Origin: Candidatus Aminicenantes bacterium
GTDB lineage: Bacteria; Acidobacteriota; Aminicenantia; JAMOAD01
Length of the DNA: 64,000 nucleotides
Assembly: GCA_027031485.1 (NCBI GenBank)
Contig: JALVQI010000211.1
Location: forward strand, 559 to 64,558
Reading direction: 5' to 3'
The position numbers and the translations under genes are program-made. Under the pieces are notes generated by a model. That model ran no database searches. It was not told where the DNA came from and worked only from the letters and a program-made list of their open reading frames with translations. This document shows positions 7,709 to 16,811 of the stretch, one piece after another. The stretch's first letter is position 1. The number at the start of each line of letters is the position of its first letter.

Positions 7709-9460
7709 ATGAAGAAAAAGACGTTTTTGTGTATTCTTTTTGTTTTGCCATTATGGTTGTTTTCTTCTGATTATTTTCCTTTGAATAAAATAAAGGAAGG
7801 AATGGTTCTAACCGGTAAGACTGTTTTAAAGGGAGATAAATTATCGGATTTTAAAGTGATTGTTTCGGGGATTTTGTCTAATGTTTATCCTGATAAAAGT
7901 TTTATAATCGGAGAGATTCAGGGAGATTATTATAAAGAAACCGGTGTCATTGCTGGGATGTCTGGAAGCCCTGTTTATTATAATGGAAAAATTGTGGGAG
8001 CTGTTTCATTCTCTTTCCCCTTTACAAAAAGAGCTATTGCAGGGATAACACCCTATCAAGATATGATAAGTACTGAGAAAAAAGTTGCTCCCGAGGTTGA
8101 TATAAAGATAGATTTAAGGGACATATACAGTGGCAAGATACTGAAAAAAATAAAGGAAAAGCTTAACTTGAGAGCTGATAAAAATTCTTTTTTTAAAATT
8201 CCTCTGAAAGCTTCAGGCTTTTCTCAGGAGATTTTAAGAAGAATTAAAAAGGATTTTTACTCATTCCACTTTGTTGAAGTTCCTTCCTCAGCTTCTTTAA
8301 AGGTAAAAATTCCAGAAAAGATTGATCCTGATACAATTAACTTAAAAGACGGTGATGCAATTAATGTTCATCTGATGATAGGAGATTTTGATCTTTCCGC
8401 TGGAGGTACTGTTACCCATGTAAAAGGAGATAATTTTTATGCTTTTGGCCATCCCTTTTTTAATTTGGGTAAGATTGAATATCCTGTTTCAAAAGCAAAG
8501 ATTATAGGTGTGGTGCCGAGCTATGAATCATCTTTTAAATTATCTTCTGTGGGAAAATATATAGGAAAGATTATTGCGGATAGAACAAGTGCAATAGTAG
8601 GTAAGTTGGGAAGCTTTCCGGATCTTATTCCTTTGAAAATAACAATGAATTACATGAAGCCGAAAGAGTTTGAAGTGAAAATGGTTAGAGATAAACTCTT
8701 AACTCCTCTGTTGATTTACAATGCCCTCGCAAATGTTATAAGTAGTGAAATAAAATCTGTGGGAGAATTATCATTAAAAGTTGACGGGGTAATTTATCTG
8801 AGAAACGGAAAATCAGTTGTTTACAATGATATATTTTCAAGTTCTGATTCGACAGGTGATTTTTCAATAATGTATGCTTCGCTGGCTTATATTTTGATGG
8901 ATAATCCTGTTAAGGAATTTAAAATTGATCGAATAGAAGTGAATATCAGTCCCTATGAAAAGACCAGAGTTGCTGTATTGAAAAAGGTTATAACGGAAAA
9001 GTACAGAGTTAACCCTGGAGAAGATGTTAGATTCTCTCTTTATTATAAACCTTTAAAAGATAAAATGAAAAAAGAAGATTTGAGTATTCCCATTCCCCCG
9101 TTTGAGAGCGGAAGTATCGTATATATTTACATAGCGGATGCTCAAAAGATGCAGGCTTTTGAGACAAAAAAGTACAGAGGTGGGTTTAAATTTCCCGATA
9201 CAGAGGCAAGTTTGCTGAGAGCCCTTAATAATCTGAGAAAGGGTGATATTGTTTATATTAAGGTTTTCACTCTTAAAAAATCAGTGTTTCTCAATGGATA
9301 TGATTATTCCGGGACACCTCCCTCGATTTTTAAATTATTGCTTCCTTCTCAGAAGGATTATACCTATACATTCCCGAACATAAGCATAGTGAGAGAATAT
9401 GCTTTGCCCATAGATTATAAGTTTGAAGGACAGGCTTTGATAAAGTTAGAGATTAAATAA
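7709..9460 (+). CDS. Secreted SpoIVB-like (peptidase S55-like) protein
   Basis: Signal peptide. GVIAGMSGSPVYYNGKIVGAVSF resembles the SpoIVB Ser motif (aa 80-100). GTVTHVKGDNFYAFGHPF resembles the SpoIVB His region (aa 232-250). Confidence 0.55.
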   Translation: MKKKTFLCILFVLPLWLFSSDYFPLNKIKEGMVLTGKTVLKGDKLSDFKVIVSGILSNVYPDKSFIIGEIQGDYYKETGVIAGMSGSPVYYNGKIVGAVSFSFPFTKRAIAGITPYQDMISTEKKVAPEVDIKIDLRDIYSGKILKKIKEKLNLRADKNSFFKIPLKASGFSQEILRRIKKDFYSFHFVEVPSSASLKVKIPEKIDPDTINLKDGDAINVHLMIGDFDLSAGGTVTHVKGDNFYAFGHPFFNLGKIEYPVSKAKIIGVVPSYESSFKLSSVGKYIGKIIADRTSAIVGKLGSFPDLIPLKITMNYMKPKEFEVKMVRDKLLTPLLIYNALANVISSEIKSVGELSLKVDGVIYLRNGKSVVYNDIFSSSDSTGDFSIMYASLAYILMDNPVKEFKIDRIEVNISPYEKTRVAVLKKVITEKYRVNPGEDVRFSLYYKPLKDKMKKEDLSIPIPPFESGSIVYIYIADAQKMQAFETKKYRGGFKFPDTEASLLRALNNLRKGDIVYIKVFTLKKSVFLNGYDYSGTPPSIFKLLLPSQKDYTYTFPNISIVREYALPIDYKFEGQALIKLEIK

Positions 9461-9473
9461 AAGGAGAAATGTA

Positions 9474-11369
9474 ATGAAAAAAAGATTATGGATGTTTTTC
9501 TTGATTCTATTTTTTTCATTTAATCTGTTTTCAACCAGAACAATCAAGGTTAAATATGATAGCTGGAAAGATTTTTTAAAAGGGGAATTTAGAGGTGTTA
9601 TGCTCAATGAAAATGGTAGCCTGAATTTGTCTTACAAAATCAAGCCCATAGTGAAACCTCCCGAAAATCTTGTTTTTTCAGTCACTGCGGATAATTCCGG
9701 AAATATTTTTATCGGAACAGGACATTCCGGGAAACTTTATAAGATATCAGGTTCTGCCATAAAAACAATTTATACTGCAAAGGAACCGGATATTTTTGCA
9801 ATAACTTCTGATAAAAACGGGAACATATATTTTGCGACGTCTCCCAATGGTAGAGTTTACAAACTATCCAAAAGTGGCAAGGTAAAAGAATTTTTTAACA
9901 GTAAAGACAGATTTTACTGGCGGCTATCCGTTAAAAATTCCTCTCTCTACATAGCTGCCGGAGGTACGGGAGGAAAGCTTTATAAAGTTAATCTTGCTGA
10001 CGGGCATCTTGAAACAACTTACAAGATAGATGAGCTTAATGTTTTTAAGTTTTTCATAAAAGATAATACAATTTACCTTGGGGGGAGTGAAAAGGGGACA
10101 GTCTATGAAATAAAAAACGGGTTAAAGCAGTCAATCTTTCAAAGTGATAGAAAAGAGATTAAGGGGATTTATGTAAACAGTAAAGATGAAATATTTATTG
10201 CCACAGGGGGAGAATCCCTTGCAAAAACAAGCAAATTTTATAAAAAGATTGTAATAAGAAAGACAAATACGGCTGGAGAGGTCTTTAAAATAGACAAAGA
10301 CGGAGAGGTTATAAAAATATGGAAATCCAACAATGAAATGCCCTATGATTTGAAAGGAAATGATGGAAAGGTCCTATGGGTAACAGGAGACAAAGGGAGG
10401 ATATATTCTTATGAAAATAACAGGGTGAGTTTAATAGGTGAAGTAGAAGGTAAAATCGGAGTTTCTCTCTACAGACTAAAAAGTAAATTTTTAGGGCTTT
10501 ATGATTTTCCTGCGGGTGTTTTTGAAATAGAGGATACGAAAGTTTTGAAAGGAACCTATTTGTCAGAGATTTATGATGCAGGTGCTCTTTCTTCATTCGG
10601 TAATTTTTTTGTAAAGAGCGTCGGGAATGTGGGAATCTCTTACAGAGCAGGCAATACATCAAAGTATGATAATTCCTGGACCGGTTGGTCCCCTCTTCAG
10701 AAAACTTTTCCTTTTAATGTTAACATAAGAAAAAAGAGATATTTTCAATTTAAAGTTGAGATGGTAAAAGAGCAAAGGGAGCCGGAGTTAAGCTATCTGA
10801 AATTCTACTATCTTCCGGTCAACAGGGCTCCCGTAATAGAAAAAGTTAGTATCTCCGGGAAAAAGAAAGGTAAAATTTGTATAAAAATTACAGCCAAAGA
10901 TATGGATAGGGATTTCATAACCTATAGTCTTTATCTTAGAAAAAGTTCAAAGTGGATTTTGATTGAAAAAGATTTATTAAAATCCACATATTGTTTTGAT
11001 AAGAGAAATTTTGAGGAAGGAGAATACGACTTAAAGGTTATTGCAGGTGATTTTAAATCAAACCCTGAAAATTATGCAAAATCATATTCGAAAGTTGTAA
11101 AGAATCTTGTTATAGATTACACCCCTCCTTCCATTGAAGTTGATAAAGCTGTTAAAGGCAGGGTTAGCTTTACCGCATCTGATAAAATTTCAAATATTTC
11201 CAAAGCATACTATCACACGGGAGACAGAAAATGGAAGATTTTATTTCCCGATGACAAAATATTTGATTCAAAAAAAGAAAGATTTACAATTTCGGAAAAA
11301 ATGGCTAAAATAATAGTTGTGAAAGTTGAGGACGAAGAAGGTAATATAAGAGTGAGGATAATTAAATAA
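9474..11369 (+). CDS. Secreted beta-propeller-like repeat protein, unknown function
   Basis: Signal peptide. At least six repeats of the type NGNIYFATSPNGRVYKL / GGTGGKLYKV / GDKGRIYSY. Ig-like C-terminal region. Confidence 0.5.
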   Translation: MKKRLWMFFLILFFSFNLFSTRTIKVKYDSWKDFLKGEFRGVMLNENGSLNLSYKIKPIVKPPENLVFSVTADNSGNIFIGTGHSGKLYKISGSAIKTIYTAKEPDIFAITSDKNGNIYFATSPNGRVYKLSKSGKVKEFFNSKDRFYWRLSVKNSSLYIAAGGTGGKLYKVNLADGHLETTYKIDELNVFKFFIKDNTIYLGGSEKGTVYEIKNGLKQSIFQSDRKEIKGIYVNSKDEIFIATGGESLAKTSKFYKKIVIRKTNTAGEVFKIDKDGEVIKIWKSNNEMPYDLKGNDGKVLWVTGDKGRIYSYENNRVSLIGEVEGKIGVSLYRLKSKFLGLYDFPAGVFEIEDTKVLKGTYLSEIYDAGALSSFGNFFVKSVGNVGISYRAGNTSKYDNSWTGWSPLQKTFPFNVNIRKKRYFQFKVEMVKEQREPELSYLKFYYLPVNRAPVIEKVSISGKKKGKICIKITAKDMDRDFITYSLYLRKSSKWILIEKDLLKSTYCFDKRNFEEGEYDLKVIAGDFKSNPENYAKSYSKVVKNLVIDYTPPSIEVDKAVKGRVSFTASDKISNISKAYYHTGDRKWKILFPDDKIFDSKKERFTISEKMAKIIVVKVEDEEGNIRVRIIK

Positions 11370-12047
11370 ATGGCGGAAGGTTATTATATTTTAGGTGTAT
11401 CTCCTGATTCCCAATTGGGATCTATCGTACAGAGTTATTTGAATTTTATTATTCCCCTTGAAAATAAGCTTGAATATGAGACGGAAGGTATGAATAAAAA
11501 GGTGATAAAAGATTTTCTTTTGTTTCAGGGAGCTATGGAGGAGGTTGTTAAGGACAGAGTTAGGAAAGGTGAGGATATAGATGCGATTTTGCCTCCTGAT
11601 ATATTAAGAAAATTTTATTATTTTAAGGGCAAAAAAAGTTTTATTGAGGGCAAATACTTTGATGCGGGCAGAAGTTTTGAGAGAGCATTAAAGTATGGAA
11701 ACAGAGATCCCAAGATCTTCTATTTCATGGGGAGAAGTTTTCTTGAGTCAAAAAAGATAAAACATGCTGAAAATGCACTTAAAATGGCAATAGAAATTGA
11801 TAAAAACAACCCCTATTTCTGGCTTTATTTGGGGGATGTTTACAATTTAGCGGGTTTCTCTAATAAGGCTGTCCATGTTTGGGAGACAGCTCTGTCTCTT
11901 AAAAAAAAATTTGCTCCTGCCATTTCAAGACTTGAAAGAAAGGGAGTAAATGTAAAATTCAAAATTCTTTCTGAGAAGATTAAAAATGGGCTCAAGAAGA
12001 TATTCGGAGACAAGGGAGAAAAAAAGGAGAAGGAAGCGGAAGAATAA
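11370..12047 (+). CDS. TPR-repeat protein with degenerate J-like N-terminus
   Basis: The ATG immediately follows the upstream stop. TPR-like helices (AGRSFERALKYGNRDPKIFYFMGRSF, AENALKMAIEIDKNNPYFWLYLGDVY). The N-terminus is YYILGVSPDS.... Confidence 0.5.
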   Translation: MAEGYYILGVSPDSQLGSIVQSYLNFIIPLENKLEYETEGMNKKVIKDFLLFQGAMEEVVKDRVRKGEDIDAILPPDILRKFYYFKGKKSFIEGKYFDAGRSFERALKYGNRDPKIFYFMGRSFLESKKIKHAENALKMAIEIDKNNPYFWLYLGDVYNLAGFSNKAVHVWETALSLKKKFAPAISRLERKGVNVKFKILSEKIKNGLKKIFGDKGEKKEKEAEE

Positions 12048-12063
12048 GAAAAGGTGAGTTAAA

Positions 12064-13167
12064 ATGAAAAAGCTTGATTTTTACATTCCAACTAAAATAA
12101 TTTACGGAAAGGGAAGGATAAAAGAGTTCGGAGAAACTCTTGATAAAAAGTTTAAAAATATAATGATTGTAAGTGGAAAAACCTCGTATAAAAAGAGCGG
12201 AGCCTATGAGAAAATTTCAGCTCAGCTAAAAGATAGAGAGGTGATTCTGTTTGATAAAGTAAATGAAAACCCTGATTTTGAGACTTTACTTAGAGGGGCG
12301 GAATTAGCAAGAAATAGAAAGGCGGAGCTGATAATAGGAATTGGCGGCGGTTCTCCCATGGATGCGGCAAAGGGTATAGCTTTACTTGCTACAAATGATG
12401 GAAATATGAAAGACTATATGAGAGGCAAAGAGATTAAGAAAAACCCATTACCCGTTGTTTGTATTCCTACCACTTCAGGGACAGGAAGCGAGGTTACACC
12501 CTATGCTGTTTTTACGGATTCCGATACAAAGGACAAGGGAGGATATGCAAACCCCTCAATTTTTCCTGTTTTTTCCATAATTGATCCTGAGCTGACATAT
12601 TCTATGCCTGATGATGTTTTAATAAACACAGGCTTGGATGCTTTAACCCATGCCCTTGAAGCCTATCTTTCAACTAAGGCTACTCCTCTAAATGATCTTA
12701 TCTCAATCCATGCGATAGAGATTATAATGGGGAATTTAAAGGATTCTTTGAAGAGGGAGAAGGAAGCAATGGACAGGCTTTCCTATGCTTCAATGATTGC
12801 CGGGATGGCCATTGCGAATGCAGGTACTCTTTTGCTCCATGCGGCCGGATATCCCTTGACAGTTTATCATCAAATCCCCCATGGCAGGGCAAATGCAATT
12901 CTACTTCCTGCTTTTATCGAATTCATGAAGGAAAAATCAGAAGTGAAAGCTAAAGTTGAACTTCTGGAAGGAATTTTCAAAGAGCACGGAGGAATTCGGG
13001 AATTTATCAATTATTTTGGTATTTCAACAAAATTATCCGAGAATGGAATTTCCGAAGATGAGATTAACACTTTTGTTGAAAAAACAATTGTAAAGAAAAA
13101 TTTAAAAATCACTCCCGCTCGTATTTCCAAAAAAGATCTTTTTAAATTTTATAAGGATACATTTTAA
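12064..13167 (+). CDS. Iron-containing alcohol dehydrogenase
   Basis: GIGGGSPMDAAKGIA and the His-rich metal site (LTHALEAYLS, LLHAAGYP). Confidence 0.85.
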   Translation: MKKLDFYIPTKIIYGKGRIKEFGETLDKKFKNIMIVSGKTSYKKSGAYEKISAQLKDREVILFDKVNENPDFETLLRGAELARNRKAELIIGIGGGSPMDAAKGIALLATNDGNMKDYMRGKEIKKNPLPVVCIPTTSGTGSEVTPYAVFTDSDTKDKGGYANPSIFPVFSIIDPELTYSMPDDVLINTGLDALTHALEAYLSTKATPLNDLISIHAIEIIMGNLKDSLKREKEAMDRLSYASMIAGMAIANAGTLLLHAAGYPLTVYHQIPHGRANAILLPAFIEFMKEKSEVKAKVELLEGIFKEHGGIREFINYFGISTKLSENGISEDEINTFVEKTIVKKNLKITPARISKKDLFKFYKDTF

Positions 13168-15044
13168 TGCGAAAAAGCATATTCCTGATATTTGTTGTTT
13201 TGTCCTCTTTGGTCTATTTTACTTCATGCAAGCAGAGAATCAGAATCGTATATCCTGGAGGAGTGAATATTGAATCTCCTGTTTTAAGAGTGGGACTTGA
13301 GACAGGTAAGACAAAGCTTAAAGTTTCATCAACAGCCGGACTTAAAGTATATTTCAACGGGCAAAAGGTTTTTGACAATGTTCAGGGAGTTGTTGAATTT
13401 ACCCTTAATAACGGAGCCATAAAAGTTCTTTGCGGAAAAGATTCTCAAATTTTAAAGGGAAATATTTTTTTAATCCCTCAGAAAAATTCTTTTTTGAAGA
13501 TTGGTGAAAATGAATACAGAGGAATATTCTTTTTGCTAAATAGAGAAAATTATCTCAATTTAATCAATATATTGAATATAGAGGATTATTTGAAAGGGGT
13601 TTTGCCCTATGAACTTTCTCCTTCCACATACGGAGAAATAGAAGCTTTAAAGGCTCAGGCAATAGCGGCAAGAACCTATGCACTCTATACTCTCAAAAAG
13701 TTTGACAGTGAGGGCTTTGATATTTGTGCAACCAAAGCATGTCAGGTATATGAAGGAGCAAGCGGAGAGATGCCTCTTTCAAATAAAGCTGTGGAAGAGA
13801 CCAGAGGTAAGGTTTTAACCTATGAAGGCAAATTAGCCGCTGCTCTTTACAGTGCATCGTGCGGAGGATTTACGGAATATTCAAACAAAATGTTTAAAGG
13901 AATGAACTTCCCCTATCTTATAGGTCAACCTTGTGAGTACGATTCTCTGAAATGGTATTGGGTTTACTCTGATAATTTTAAACCGTATTCCCTTGAAATA
14001 GATTTTGCCATAGCGATAAATCTTGTTGATGAGTTTGATGTAAGGAGAGGGCATAAAAAGGTATCAACGGAAAAAGCTGCGAAAATCTTAAAAAAGATTT
14101 CTCTCCTTGTGGGTAAAGAGGAGACTTTTTTCTTGAACAAGATTAATATCATATCTTTGCTTGAACCTTTTGACGAATTGTTTTCTCTGTATAATAAGGC
14201 AAAGGAATTATTAAAGCCTTTTGAGATTCCCAAATCCTTTACAATTAAGTATGGAAAGAGAAAAAGTTATATGATTCAGTATTTGATAAAGAATGGGATT
14301 ATAGCTGGAAATGAAAGATTGTCTTATCCTCTGAACTTTAACCATTTTGTTGAAATTGTTTCAAAAATGATGATGAAAAACTTTAAGGTCTTTGAGGAAG
14401 CCAAATTTGTTTCTCTTGTCGGGAAAACTTTAAACTTCAAGGATAAAACCGGAAAGGATATTATGCTTAATGCCGAATCTACAATATTACTGAGAAAGAT
14501 CAATGGAAAAATTTATCCTGCCCACATGGTATATTTAACCGGAAAAGAGAAGGTTAAGTATTTTTCATCAAAGCAAAACATAAAAATCCTTCTTGTCGAA
14601 TATCCGAAATTTTCCTTAAAACCAGACAATCTTTATCCTTTCTGGCATAAAATATATAGTTTGAAAGAACTTGAAAAAACGATAAGGGTTTTTACTCCTA
14701 TTGCAAGACTTCATGATATAGTTCCTCTTGAAAGAGGTATTTCGGGAAGGGTAATAAAACTTGAAATTCAGGATGAAAACAGAAGTAAATTTGTCTACGG
14801 TTTTCAGATTAATCAAGCATTGGGATTAAGGGATACCCTGTTTTTTATAGACAGAGAGTTTGAGGGAGACAATATAAAGCGAATAACTTTTATCGGAAGA
14901 GGTTACGGACACGGAGTCGGAATGTGTCAGGTGGGGGCTTACGGTATGGCTTTAAAAGGGAAAAAGTATAAGGAGATTTTGTCTTACTATTACCCGGGAA
15001 CAACTATTATGGATTACTTTGATCTGGAGAAAAAGAAAAAATGA
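13167..15044 (+). CDS. SpoIID/LytB-domain protein, long form
   Basis: YLKGVLPYEL, EALKAQAIAARTYAL, ATKACQVYEG, YSASCGGFTE and GRGYGHGVGMCQVGAYGMA. TAATG overlap with the upstream gene. Confidence 0.75.
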   Translation: MRKSIFLIFVVLSSLVYFTSCKQRIRIVYPGGVNIESPVLRVGLETGKTKLKVSSTAGLKVYFNGQKVFDNVQGVVEFTLNNGAIKVLCGKDSQILKGNIFLIPQKNSFLKIGENEYRGIFFLLNRENYLNLINILNIEDYLKGVLPYELSPSTYGEIEALKAQAIAARTYALYTLKKFDSEGFDICATKACQVYEGASGEMPLSNKAVEETRGKVLTYEGKLAAALYSASCGGFTEYSNKMFKGMNFPYLIGQPCEYDSLKWYWVYSDNFKPYSLEIDFAIAINLVDEFDVRRGHKKVSTEKAAKILKKISLLVGKEETFFLNKINIISLLEPFDELFSLYNKAKELLKPFEIPKSFTIKYGKRKSYMIQYLIKNGIIAGNERLSYPLNFNHFVEIVSKMMMKNFKVFEEAKFVSLVGKTLNFKDKTGKDIMLNAESTILLRKINGKIYPAHMVYLTGKEKVKYFSSKQNIKILLVEYPKFSLKPDNLYPFWHKIYSLKELEKTIRVFTPIARLHDIVPLERGISGRVIKLEIQDENRSKFVYGFQINQALGLRDTLFFIDREFEGDNIKRITFIGRGYGHGVGMCQVGAYGMALKGKKYKEILSYYYPGTTIMDYFDLEKKKK

Positions 15045-15874
15045 AAAAGCCTCCTCTGTATTATAAGGTTTTTGAAAATAAGAATTGTAAAAAATGGGTG
15101 GTTTTCATACATGGAGCCGGAGGCAGTTCCACTGTTTGGTTCAAACAATTAAAAGCTTTCAGAAGGAATTTCAATGTCCTTTTATTGGATTTGAGAGGGC
15201 ACGGGAAATCGCGAAATGTTATAAAGGAGTGGAAGACAAACAAATATACATTTAAGGATATCAGCGAAGATATTATAGAAGTTATGGATTCCATTAATCT
15301 GAAATCAGCCCACTTTGTGGGAATATCATTGGGAACAATTATAATAAGAAACATAGCTGAGCTCTATCCGGAGAGGGTGGAATCAATGATCCTTGGAGGT
15401 GCTGTTATCAGGTTTAATATCCGTTCAAAAATATTAATAGCCATAGGAAATATGGTTAAGAGATTTATTCCCTATATGTGGATTTACAAACTCTACGCCT
15501 GGATATTAATGCCAAAAAAGAGGCATAAGGAGTCAAGATTGGTCTTTGTAAGGGAAGCTAAGAAACTTTATCAGAAGGAATTCATAAGGTGGGTCAGACT
15601 TACGTCCGAGGTCAAACCATTAATGAGATTTTTCAGGGAAAAGGAGACAGATGTTCCCACTCTCTACCTTATGGGGGATGAAGATTATATGTTTCTTCCC
15701 GGTGTTAAGGCTGTAGTTGAAAAACACAAAAAGGCCGTACTCAGAATAATAAGAAACAGCGGACATGTTTGCAATATTGACCAGCCCTCTGTATTTAATA
15801 CTCTTGCAATTAAATTTATTAAAAACTATGGTGAATTCTTTAATAAAAAAGAAGAAATGGTTGGAAATGTTTGA
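15041..15874 (+). CDS. Alpha/beta hydrolase
   Basis: VVFIHGAGGSS, LDLRGHGKS, nucleophile elbow GISLG, and a C-terminal His (NSGHV). Confidence 0.75.
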   Translation: MKKPPLYYKVFENKNCKKWVVFIHGAGGSSTVWFKQLKAFRRNFNVLLLDLRGHGKSRNVIKEWKTNKYTFKDISEDIIEVMDSINLKSAHFVGISLGTIIIRNIAELYPERVESMILGGAVIRFNIRSKILIAIGNMVKRFIPYMWIYKLYAWILMPKKRHKESRLVFVREAKKLYQKEFIRWVRLTSEVKPLMRFFREKETDVPTLYLMGDEDYMFLPGVKAVVEKHKKAVLRIIRNSGHVCNIDQPSVFNTLAIKFIKNYGEFFNKKEEMVGNV

Positions 15875-15902
15875 TTTTTCAGGGGAGAAGAATTAGTAAA
15901 TT

Positions 15903-16811
15903 ATGAAAGCTGAAAAAATATCAGGTATTCTTTTAATAGACAAGCCAAAGGAGTTTTCCTCCTTTGATGTAGTAAGGAGGATAAAAAAAGTTTTCACGAA
16001 AAATAAAGTCGGACACTTCGGGACTCTGGATCCGATAGCCACAGGTTTGCTTATAATAGGAATAGGAAAGGCCACGAAATTTTTTGACCTTTTCAAAAAG
16101 GAATCAAAAACATACAGGGCAAAGGCACGACTGGGAATAACCACGGATACCTATGATATTACAGGTAAAATAGTTAAAAAGGCAAAAGATTTTAATGTAT
16201 CTTTTAATGAATTAAATGATGCCTTAAAATCTTTTATCGGAGAGACCCTTCAAACACCCCCTATGTTTTCAGCAAAAAAATTCAAAGGAAAGCCACTTTA
16301 CAAATTGGCAAGAGAGGGAAAAGAGGTTAAAAGAAAACCCGTTAAAATCAATATAGATTATCTTGAGCTTTTAAATTATGAATCACCTTTCTTTGACTTT
16401 ATAGTATCATCCTCTTCCGGAACATATATTAGAAGCCTGATTAATGATCTTGGTGAGCTTTTAGGCTGCGGTGCCACAATGGTTGAGCTCAGAAGAACAG
16501 AGATCGGAGGCTACAAGGTTGAGCATGCGCTTACGCTTGATGAATTTGAAGCAGAGGTTAAAAATGGAAAAATATTCAATTTCATAATTCCCGTTGAGAA
16601 AATTTTCCCCGAATTTCCGAAGATAATAGTATCTCCGAGGGGAGAGTTTCTTGCCTCAAACGGAGCTCTTGTTCCTGCGGAAGAAGTGTTAAAGGTTGAA
16701 GGTGTTAGTGATGAATACTTTAAGCTTTTCAATGATGAGGGCAAATTTTTATGCCTTGCTAAACCTGAGCTAACAAAAAGAGCCTTTAAACCTGTAATAG
16801 TATTAAAGTGA
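15903..16811 (+). CDS. truB: tRNA pseudouridine(55) synthase
   Basis: KVGHFGTLDPIATGLLIIGIGKATK catalytic-Asp motif. Size is typical. Confidence 0.9.
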   Translation: MKAEKISGILLIDKPKEFSSFDVVRRIKKVFTKNKVGHFGTLDPIATGLLIIGIGKATKFFDLFKKESKTYRAKARLGITTDTYDITGKIVKKAKDFNVSFNELNDALKSFIGETLQTPPMFSAKKFKGKPLYKLAREGKEVKRKPVKINIDYLELLNYESPFFDFIVSSSSGTYIRSLINDLGELLGCGATMVELRRTEIGGYKVEHALTLDEFEAEVKNGKIFNFIIPVEKIFPEFPKIIVSPRGEFLASNGALVPAEEVLKVEGVSDEYFKLFNDEGKFLCLAKPELTKRAFKPVIVLK

